Source of the DNA: an uncultured Gemmatimonas sp.
GTDB lineage: Bacteria; Gemmatimonadota; Gemmatimonadetes; Gemmatimonadales; Gemmatimonadaceae
Direction of reading: 5' to 3'
Assembly (NCBI GenBank): GCA_964537945.1
Contig: CAZIDS010000001.1
Location: forward strand, 1 to 60,531
DNA: 60,531 bases
Of the stretch, positions 45,288 to 52,708 are shown one piece after another. Positions within the stretch are counted from its first letter, which is position 1, and each line of letters starts with the position of its first letter. The translations under genes and the position numbers were made by a program. The notes under the pieces are model-generated. The model was not told the origin of the DNA and did not search any database. It worked only from the letters and a program-made list of their open reading frames with translations.

Positions 45288-45313
45288 CGCATCATGCACT
45301 CGACGCCGACCCG

Positions 45314-46462
45314 GTGACCGCGGCACCGATCGCGCTGCAGGCGCAAGCGAACGCACCCCTGCTGGTGTGGGTGCTGGCTCCGCTCGTCGAGACCGACGAC
45401 CCCGACATCGCCTGGTACAGCGACTACTCCCAGAGCAAGGCGGAGTACGAACGGGCCTTCTCGGCATTGAACGTCGCGTGGCGATGGCAGCCGGTGACCA
45501 TGCGCGACTATCCGGACGTCGTGCAGCGGATCATCGCCGAGTCGCGGGGCTACGAGCCGGTGGTGCTCAACCTCTGCGACGGTGACGAGGTGAACGGCTC
45601 CCCGGGGATCAGCGTCATCCGCTGCCTCCGGGCGAACGGCCTCCGCTTCACCGGCGCCGACGAGCGCTTCTACGACGTCACCACGTCGAAGATCGTGATG
45701 AAGGAAGCCTTCGACCGCGCGGGCGTGCCGACCTCCCCGTGGGCGGTCGTGCCGCGGGACGGCACCGGCATCACGGATGTCGTGAAGCGGCTCGGCGCCC
45801 CGCTGATCCTCAAGCCGGCGGTCTCGGCGGGCTCGATGGGGATCACGACCAAGAGCGTCGTGCAGACGCCGCAGGCGCTCCGCGCCGCCCTCAAGCGGCT
45901 CACGAAGGGCTACCATGGATGGGACGTGGCCGGGGGCGGCGTCTTCGTCGAGCGATTCGTCGACGGACCCGAGTACACGACGTTCATCGTCGGGTCGCAC
46001 GACGCCCGCAGCCGGGCGACCGTGTATCCGCCGGTCGAGCGCGGCTTCCATCCCGGCCTTCCCGCCAACGAGCGCTTCCTGTCGTTCGACCGTCTCTGGG
46101 GGCTCTACGAGACCGAGGAGCCGCTCGAAGGGGATGCGGACCTGTGGAAGTACCGCCCGGTCGCCCGCAGCATCGCGAAGCGGGTGAAGGAGGTCAGTTG
46201 GGCGGCCTACTGCGCCGTCGGCGGCCGCGGCTACGGCCGCGTGGACCTTCGGCAGGACCGGACCACCGGCGAACTCTACGTCCTCGAGGTGAACGCCCAG
46301 TGCGGCATCTCCGAGGATGAGGCCTACACCTCGATCGGCGCCATCCTGCGCTTCGCGCGCAGCACCTTCGCCAGCGCCGTCGGCGAGATCATCGCCGTCT
46401 CCGAGGAACGCGCGGTGCGCCGCGCCCGCCTCCCCCGAACCCGCCGCGCCGCCTCTGCATGA
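45314..46462 (+). CDS. D-Ala-D-Ala ligase-like ATP-grasp protein
   Basis: NLCDG, FTGA...SK..MK, ILKPAVSAGSMGI, VERFVDGPEYT, GYGRVDLR, YVLEVN. Start uncertain (GTG 45314 or ATG 45242). Confidence 0.85.
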   Translation: MTAAPIALQAQANAPLLVWVLAPLVETDDPDIAWYSDYSQSKAEYERAFSALNVAWRWQPVTMRDYPDVVQRIIAESRGYEPVVLNLCDGDEVNGSPGISVIRCLRANGLRFTGADERFYDVTTSKIVMKEAFDRAGVPTSPWAVVPRDGTGITDVVKRLGAPLILKPAVSAGSMGITTKSVVQTPQALRAALKRLTKGYHGWDVAGGGVFVERFVDGPEYTTFIVGSHDARSRATVYPPVERGFHPGLPANERFLSFDRLWGLYETEEPLEGDADLWKYRPVARSIAKRVKEVSWAAYCAVGGRGYGRVDLRQDRTTGELYVLEVNAQCGISEDEAYTSIGAILRFARSTFASAVGEIIAVSEERAVRRARLPRTRRAASA

Positions 46463-47943
46463 AGGTCTGCGTCCTCCAGCCGGACTATTCGAAGTCCGGC
46501 GTGGATTATCGTCACTACGACCCGACCCGTGACCTCGCCCGCCTCCTGCCGGGACACGAGGTGCACCACGAGGCGCTCGACAAGGTCTCGACCTACCGGC
46601 AGCTGAAGCGCCTCGCGCCGCGCGGGTTCGACGTCTACGTGAACCTCTGCGAGGGCTACCTCGAGTGGGACGTGCCGTCGATCGACGTCATCCACTCCCT
46701 CGAGCAGCTCGGCCTCCCGTACACCGGCCCCACGCCGCTGCTGTACGACCCGCCAAAGCCCCTGATGAAGTACGTCGCGCACACCGTCGGGATCGCGACG
46801 GCGATGCACGCGACGGTGGATGCGGGGCGGATCGCACGGCTCGCCGCCGGCGAGGGGGGACTCGCCGCGGCCGACGAGGCGCTGCGCGTGCAGACCCAGC
46901 ACCTGCGCCATCCGCTCTTCGTGAAGCCCGCGAAGGCCGGCGACTCGCTCGGCGTGGATGAGCATGCGATCGTCGCCGACCACAGCGCGCTGCTCACGCA
47001 GTGCCTGGCCCTCGCCGACGAGTATCCCGACCTGCTGATCGAGGAATACATCGACGGGCGCGAGTTCACCGTGCTCGTGATCGGCGAGGAGTCAGGGAAG
47101 GGGCACGGCTCGGCGCTCGCGCCGATCGAGTACATCTTCCCGAAGGGGTTCCGCTACAAGAGCTACGCGCTCAAGACCAGCGAGCAGCACCCCGAGGCGA
47201 ACGTGCGGGTGACCGACGCGGCCCTCGCGCAGCGGCTGCGCGACGCGGCCGAGCGCCTCTTCGCCGGCTTCGGCGGGGTCGGCTACGCACGGATGGACTT
47301 CCGCATGGACGTCCACGGCACGATCCACTTCCTCGAGGTGAACTTCACCTGCTCCGTCTTCTACGACGAGGGGAGCGAGGGGTCGGCCGACCACATCCTG
47401 AAGCTCGACGGGATCGGCCAGGCCGGGTTCCTCCAGCGGATCATCGCCGAGGGGATCGCGCGGCACCGGCGGAAGCAGAAGGCCTTCGAGATGCGCGGCA
47501 ACGCGATCGCGGGGTACGGGATCGCCGCTGTCCGCCCGATCGCGAAGGGGGAGATCCTCTTCCGCGGTGAGCAGCGGGCCCAGCGGCTGATCACGCGCGG
47601 CCACGTGGAGCGGACCTGGAGTCCGACCGACCGGGAGCTCTTCGCCCACTACGCCGTCCCCGTCTCGGACGAGGTCTTCGTGATGTGGGACGAGGACCCC
47701 AATGCCTGGGCTCCCCAGAACCACTCCTGTGACGCCAACACCGGATACGACGGCCTTGATGTCGTGGCCCGGCGCGACATCGCCCCCGGCGAGGAGCTCA
47801 CGCTGGACTACGCCGAGTTGCTGAACGAGGCGGGGGCGGGCTTCACCTGTCGCTGTGGTGCACCACGGTGCCGCGGGGAGGTCAGGGGAACCCCGGGGAA
47901 CTCGGTGACGGCCCGGGAACGGGCGAGGAGGGGGGGGAGTTGA
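46459..47943 (+). CDS. Ddl-like ATP-grasp / SET-domain methyltransferase fusion
   Basis: ATGA overlap. NLCEG, PYTG, FVKPAKAGDSLGV, EEYIDGREFT, GYARMDFR, FLEVN. Then SET motifs GYGIAAVRPIAKGE, NHSCDAN, GEELTLDY and post-SET CRCGAPRCRG. Confidence 0.92.
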   Translation: MKVCVLQPDYSKSGVDYRHYDPTRDLARLLPGHEVHHEALDKVSTYRQLKRLAPRGFDVYVNLCEGYLEWDVPSIDVIHSLEQLGLPYTGPTPLLYDPPKPLMKYVAHTVGIATAMHATVDAGRIARLAAGEGGLAAADEALRVQTQHLRHPLFVKPAKAGDSLGVDEHAIVADHSALLTQCLALADEYPDLLIEEYIDGREFTVLVIGEESGKGHGSALAPIEYIFPKGFRYKSYALKTSEQHPEANVRVTDAALAQRLRDAAERLFAGFGGVGYARMDFRMDVHGTIHFLEVNFTCSVFYDEGSEGSADHILKLDGIGQAGFLQRIIAEGIARHRRKQKAFEMRGNAIAGYGIAAVRPIAKGEILFRGEQRAQRLITRGHVERTWSPTDRELFAHYAVPVSDEVFVMWDEDPNAWAPQNHSCDANTGYDGLDVVARRDIAPGEELTLDYAELLNEAGAGFTCRCGAPRCRGEVRGTPGNSVTARERARRGGS

Positions 47944-47945
47944 GT

Positions 47946-47972
47946 TAAAGTGCCGGCCCCTTCTGCCGAAGC
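47946..47972 (+). promoter_or_regulatory. Sigma28 (FliA/SigD)-like promoter
   Basis: TAAA-N15-GCCGAAGC with exact consensus spacing, upstream of the small ORF at 48064. Confidence 0.5.
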
Positions 47973-48063
47973 TCATCAGGGGGGACCTCGCGTTGCCCAC
48001 GGGAGCCATCGGGCGTCCCGGGGTGTACAGGGAAGAGGTCCGCGTTGCCACTCCGGAGGCGCG

Positions 48064-48246
48064 ATGCCGACGTACACGATGCCGCTCAACATCATCCTCT
48101 GCCTGGCCGCCTTCTGGACGGGCGTGATCCAGGGCTACATGACGGGCAGCTGGCTCGTCGCCGCCGCCTGGGTGACCGCGTCCTTCGTCCTGCTCACGAG
48201 CGAGCGCCTGATCCCGGCCCGGCAGGCTGACGAGACGCAGGACTGA
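48064..48246 (+). CDS. Small (60 aa) two-TM membrane protein
   Basis: GGAGG RBS. MPTYTMPLNIILCLAAFWTGVIQGYMTGSWLVAAAWVTASFVLL. GC3-biased codons. Confidence 0.7.
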   Translation: MPTYTMPLNIILCLAAFWTGVIQGYMTGSWLVAAAWVTASFVLLTSERLIPARQADETQD

Positions 48247-48394
48247 GCGAGCGGGACTGACCGGCGCCTTCGGGCGCCGCACGGGGCGACTGGCCGAGGC
48301 CGGTCGCCCTTCGTCGTGTCCGGCTATCGCGTGAGCACAGGATTTGCTACTGTAGTCGCGGAAGCCCCACCCACACCCCCGAGGACCGATCCAC

Positions 48395-48841
48395 ATGTCG
48401 AAGCGCACCGTGCAGGCTCTCACGCTCACCGTGGCCGCCCTGGTCGCGCTCGCCGTCCGTCCGTCGGAAGCGCGCGCGCAGGAGCACGCACAGCTCGTCT
48501 GGCGCCAGCTCAACACCGCGTTCGAGACCGTGAACCGTGACGGCTACGGCTCGCTGAACTACATCATCGGGCGCATGGGCGAGGGCAAGACCGACAGCTG
48601 GACGCTGAACTTCGAGAAGGGCACCACCTACCGCATCGTCGGCGCCTGCGACAAGGACTGCTCGGACCTCGACATCGAGATCCTCGACGGGTCGGAGGTG
48701 CTCACGCGCGACATCCTCGACGACGACGCCCCGATCGTGACGTTCTCGCCGAAGGCCTCCGGCCAGCTCCGCGTGAAGGTGACGATGGCGAAGTGCTCGG
48801 ACGAGCCGTGCTTCTTCGGGTTCGGGATCTTCCAGAAGTAG
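48395..48841 (+). CDS. Secreted PPC-like beta-sandwich protein
   Basis: GAGGA RBS, signal peptide ending ARA-Q, Y.IVGACDKDCSDLD and a second Cys pair CSDEPC. Confidence 0.8.
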   Translation: MSKRTVQALTLTVAALVALAVRPSEARAQEHAQLVWRQLNTAFETVNRDGYGSLNYIIGRMGEGKTDSWTLNFEKGTTYRIVGACDKDCSDLDIEILDGSEVLTRDILDDDAPIVTFSPKASGQLRVKVTMAKCSDEPCFFGFGIFQK

Positions 48842-48847
48842 TGGTGC

Positions 48848-49010
48848 GGAGGAGCGAGGAGCGAGGGAGAGGGGAAGGGATGAGGTAGAGGGAGAGGAGT
48901 GAGCGGAAGAGAGCAGGGCCCCGGGCGATCTCATCGCACGGGGCCCTCTTCACTCTCTACCCTCTCCCTTCCACTCGCTCCTTCCGCTTCCCCTCGCTCT
49001 TCGATCCTCT
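48848..49010. repeat. Purine-arm/hairpin/pyrimidine-arm palindromic intergenic element, copy 1
   Basis: G/A-rich left arm, core stem AGGGCCCCG.GCGAT / ATCGC.CGGGGCCCT (48915-48947), C/T-rich right arm. Lies between convergent genes. Confidence 0.75.
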
Positions 49011-49020
49011 CGGTGCCGGG

Positions 49021-51963
49021 CTATCGCCCGGCCCCGAGATCGTTCCAGTTCAGGATCGAGTTGAAGCCGAGGAAGAAGGTGCCGTGCGTCTGCCAGCGCC
49101 AGAAGGGGCGGATGCCGAACATCACCACGTGGCCGGTGCCGAGCGGCGCGTCGACGATCTGCGCGCGGCTGGCGAGCGCCTCTCCGCCGGCGAGCGTGCC
49201 CGAGAGCAGCATGTCGGCCGCGTTCGCGGGGAAGCTCATCACGACGCGCGGACGTGCGCCACCAGCCGCGCCGCCGCCGCCGAATCCACTGCCGCCACCA
49301 CCGCCACCACCGCCACCACCGCCCGGGCCACGGCCAGCCGCACCCGCGCCACCGGCGGCGCCCGGACGTCCGCCGCCCGCGCGCGGCGCTTCATCCTGCG
49401 CTGCCCAGTCCCACGTGGAGAGCGTGAGCGGGCTCGCCATCGGCGTGGTGTTCTGGCCCGCCGGGCCTCCACCGCCCGCGCCGCCGCCGAACCCGCCGAA
49501 GCCGCCACCGCCGCCGGCGTTCAGCACCGGCGCCTGGTTGAAGTAGACCGGCACCTGGGCCGTGTAGCCGTACGTGATCGGGCTCGAGCGGTCGCTCACG
49601 ACGCCGCGCATCACCGAGCCGCGGACGAAGAGGTTCGCCGGCTCCTCGACCGTGATGCCGTTCGTCAGATGGTACTCGGGGAAGATCGTCGCGGTGGAAC
49701 CCTCGGTGATCAGCGTGCCGCCGGCCTCGACGAACTTGCGGAGCTCCATCAGCCCTTCGAAGCCCATCCCGCCGCGGATGTCATCCGACTCGTCGATGCC
49801 GCCGAGGTTCGGCGACTCGGCGGTGCGCCGGTACGGCAGCGGCGCGCTGCCGGTCATCGCGATGCCGTTCACCTGCGACTCCGCCGTGCCACCGACGTGC
49901 GGGAAGATGATCACGTCGAAGCGGGCGCGGAGGTTGCCCTCGCGCAGCTTTGTGTCGGCGAAATAGCTGTAGGGCACGCCGTAGGTGTCGAGCGCGGCGC
50001 GCACCCAGCCCTCGTCCTGCGTGCGCTGCCAGCTGTGCACGTAGCCGATGCGAGGGATGTCGAGCTCGTGCTGCTTCACCGTCGGCGCGGCGGCCAGCGC
50101 CGTGCCGGAGAGGCCAAGCTCGGCGAGCACCGGGCCGAGGCGCGCGGCGTTCGCGTCGGGGATGATGAAGGCGCCGGCGCGGTACTGCTTGCCGCCGGCC
50201 TCGAACGCCTCCTCGGCGGCGAACATCCGGACGTCCTTCAGCCGGAAGCGCATCGCCATGAGGTTGTTGTCGGTCGTGTGCTCGATGACGACGACCGGCC
50301 CGGTGCCGGTGATGCCGCCGGTGGCCTTCGCCGGCGCGGTGAGGCGCGTCATGCGCTGCGCGAGCACGGTCGTGTCGGCGACCGCGGTGATGACGACGTT
50401 GCGCATGAACTGGAAGGTCCAGCCAGTGTCGTCATACGGCCGCGGGTTGCCCGGCGGGAAGTTCTGCACCGACATGTACATGTCGGCGAGCGTGCGGTAC
50501 GGCTGGTCGGCGCGGATGATGAAGTCGCCGCGCTGGACCTGCATCCCGCCGGCGGTGAAGGCCGCGTCGGCGACGTGGATCTCGAGGCCCTGGCGCTGCA
50601 GCTCGTTCACCGCGTCGACGGCGTTCTGCCGCGCGCGCTGGCCGGCCGGAACGATCCACGCGTTCACCGGGCCGTTGCGCCCCTTGGCGACCGAGCGCTT
50701 GCCCTTCAGCCAGTAGTTCTCGAGGTAGAGCTTGCGGTTGTTCGCGAAGTGGCTGAGCGAGAAGAGGACGCCCGACTCGGAGATGTTCACCGAGTTGCGC
50801 GGGCCCCACTTGATCTCGGGGAGCGGCGGGTTCGGGCGGAACCACTCGCGGCTCGTCGTCGCCGCCGGCACGCGGAGGTTCGCATTGTTCTCGGGCCCGT
50901 AGCTCTGCACCTCGTAGAAGCGGCCGATCGCATTGCGCGAGTGCGCTGCGAAGAAGAGGTAGTTCGGGACCCAGCCGTCATAGAAGCCGTAGGTCCAGAC
51001 GCCGGGCACGCCGCGCTTGGTCAGCTCCATCACGTCGTTCTGCGCCAACATCCACCACTCGTTCACCGTGATCGGGTCGAGCCCTTCGTTGTACGGGCCC
51101 GTGCCGGTGGACGAATAGAGGTACGAGACCGACTCGTGCAGGTCGTGCATCACCTGCGGCGTCCACTCGAGGAACTGGCGGTTGATGTTGCGCGTCAGGG
51201 CGAGGAACTGCCCCATCCCGTCGCGGTTGTTGTCGTGCGCGACGTACTTGCCCCAGTACATGAGCGGGAGCCGGGCGTCGCCGGTCGCCCGCTTCTTGTT
51301 GAAATAGTAGGTGTCGACCTGCCGCTCACGCCCGTCCACCTCGAGCACCGGCGTGATGAACGTGATGACGTTCTTCCGGATGTTGTCGTAGAACGGGTTC
51401 TCGGTGACCGCGAGCCGGTACGCCAGCTCGAGCAGCATCTCGGGGCCGCCCGTCTCGGGCGAATGGAGGCCGCTGGTGAGCCAGTAGATCGGCTTCGCGG
51501 TGTTCAGGAGCTCCTGCGCCCGCGCCTCGCTCGTGCGCCGCGGGTCGGTGAGCTCCTTCAGCATCCCCTTGTAGCGGTCGAGGTCGCGGATGACGCCCTC
51601 GTCGGCGATCGCGACGATGATCATGTCGCGGCCTTCCTCCGTCTGGCCGATCCGCCAGACCTTCACCCGCTCCGACGCGGCGTCGAGCGCGTCGTAGTAG
51701 CGGTACATGTCCTTGGCGTAGGTCAGCTCGCCGGGCGTACCGGGGATGCGGCCGAGGAACTTGAGCGGCGTCGGCACGGTGGCCGAGGCGGGGAGGTCGG
51801 CGACGAGCTCGGTCGTGATGCGCGGGTCCTGGAGGTACTCGCGGATCTTCGCCGTGTACTCGCGGTCGATCGGCTGGGTCTGGGCGTGCGCCGGCCGCAC
51901 GAGGGCGGCGGCCGCGAGGCCCGAGGCCAGCACGAGGGGGCGAAGGAGCGACATTCGGGTCAT
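49021..51963 (-). CDS. M14 zinc carboxypeptidase family protein, secreted
   Basis: GGAG RBS, signal peptide, IGQTEEGR, GLHSPE (HxxE), HDNNRD, HDLHE, GATase-like C-terminal region (FVEAGGTLI). Confidence 0.9.
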   Translation of the reverse strand: MTRMSLLRPLVLASGLAAAALVRPAHAQTQPIDREYTAKIREYLQDPRITTELVADLPASATVPTPLKFLGRIPGTPGELTYAKDMYRYYDALDAASERVKVWRIGQTEEGRDMIIVAIADEGVIRDLDRYKGMLKELTDPRRTSEARAQELLNTAKPIYWLTSGLHSPETGGPEMLLELAYRLAVTENPFYDNIRKNVITFITPVLEVDGRERQVDTYYFNKKRATGDARLPLMYWGKYVAHDNNRDGMGQFLALTRNINRQFLEWTPQVMHDLHESVSYLYSSTGTGPYNEGLDPITVNEWWMLAQNDVMELTKRGVPGVWTYGFYDGWVPNYLFFAAHSRNAIGRFYEVQSYGPENNANLRVPAATTSREWFRPNPPLPEIKWGPRNSVNISESGVLFSLSHFANNRKLYLENYWLKGKRSVAKGRNGPVNAWIVPAGQRARQNAVDAVNELQRQGLEIHVADAAFTAGGMQVQRGDFIIRADQPYRTLADMYMSVQNFPPGNPRPYDDTGWTFQFMRNVVITAVADTTVLAQRMTRLTAPAKATGGITGTGPVVVIEHTTDNNLMAMRFRLKDVRMFAAEEAFEAGGKQYRAGAFIIPDANAARLGPVLAELGLSGTALAAAPTVKQHELDIPRIGYVHSWQRTQDEGWVRAALDTYGVPYSYFADTKLREGNLRARFDVIIFPHVGGTAESQVNGIAMTGSAPLPYRRTAESPNLGGIDESDDIRGGMGFEGLMELRKFVEAGGTLITEGSTATIFPEYHLTNGITVEEPANLFVRGSVMRGVVSDRSSPITYGYTAQVPVYFNQAPVLNAGGGGGFGGFGGGAGGGGPAGQNTTPMASPLTLSTWDWAAQDEAPRAGGGRPGAAGGAGAAGRGPGGGGGGGGGGGSGFGGGGAAGGARPRVVMSFPANAADMLLSGTLAGGEALASRAQIVDAPLGTGHVVMFGIRPFWRWQTHGTFFLGFNSILNWNDLGAGR

Positions 51964-52108
51964 GCAGCGGGCTCCGGTGGTGGGGTTCAGTGCGACAAAC
52001 CTACGCCGAGCCCGTGAATGCCGTTGGCACCGGATGGCGCATCGCCCGGTGCCGCCCCGTGCGATATGATTGCGGGACCATCCGTCCCACCGCTTCCCCG
52101 TCCGCGCC

Positions 52109-52663
52109 ATGCCCAGCCCGGAACTCCTCCGCCTCCGCAAGATCTGCCTCGCGCTCCCCGGCGTGAGCGACGTCCCGGCCTGGGGCACGTCGACGTTCCG
52201 CTGCCCGAAGATCTTCGCGATGTACGCACATCCGTCCGACCAGAAGCACTCGCAGGGACGGCCAGGCGTCTGGCTCAAGGCGGGGCCCGGCAACCAGGAG
52301 TTCATGGTCCGCGACGACCCCAAGCGCTTCTACGTGCCGCCATACGTCGGCCCGTCGGGATGGGTCGGCATCTTCCTCGACCAGTCGCCGAACTGGGATG
52401 AGATCGCGCTCCTCATCGAGGACGGATGGCGGCTGCTCGCGCCGAAGAAGCTCATCAAGGCGCGCGAGGAAGGTCGGCACGTCGCGGCGGAACCCGTGAA
52501 GTCGACGGCTGGCCAGCCGCGCAAGAAGGCCCCTGCGAAATCGTCCAGCGCGCCGAAGGCCAAGGCGTCCGCCAAGCCATCCGCCAAGGCGCGCGCGACG
52601 CGCGCCGCGAAACGCGCCGCGAAGCCAACGAAACCCGCGAAGCGGTCGTCAAAGCGGAAGTAG
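52109..52663 (+). CDS. MmcQ/YjbR family protein with Lys/Ala/Pro-rich tail
   Basis: LRKICLALPG...WG...F...KIFAM, FYVPPYVGPSGWVGI, W.EI..LIEDGWRLLAPKKL, then a basic low-complexity tail. Confidence 0.88.
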   Translation: MPSPELLRLRKICLALPGVSDVPAWGTSTFRCPKIFAMYAHPSDQKHSQGRPGVWLKAGPGNQEFMVRDDPKRFYVPPYVGPSGWVGIFLDQSPNWDEIALLIEDGWRLLAPKKLIKAREEGRHVAAEPVKSTAGQPRKKAPAKSSSAPKAKASAKPSAKARATRAAKRAAKPTKPAKRSSKRK

Positions 52664-52708
52664 CCGCCGCCGCGCCCGCGCGCGGTCCCACATCCCAGCC
52701 CCGTGCAC

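Noticed and set aside
45314..48246. Housekeeping ddl, van resistance cluster or graspetide RiPP cluster
   Set aside because: No mur/fts or vanH/vanX/vanRS neighbours. The ligases look Ddl-like, not RimK/MvdD-like, and the only small ORF is a hydrophobic membrane peptide with no graspetide core motifs.
48899..49546. 215-aa Pro-rich ORF, and the ORFs at 59083-59592 and 59174-59401 crossing the palindromic elements
   Set aside because: Antisense to the M14 gene (its Gly-rich region) or to glnN, and starting in or running through low-complexity repeat DNA.
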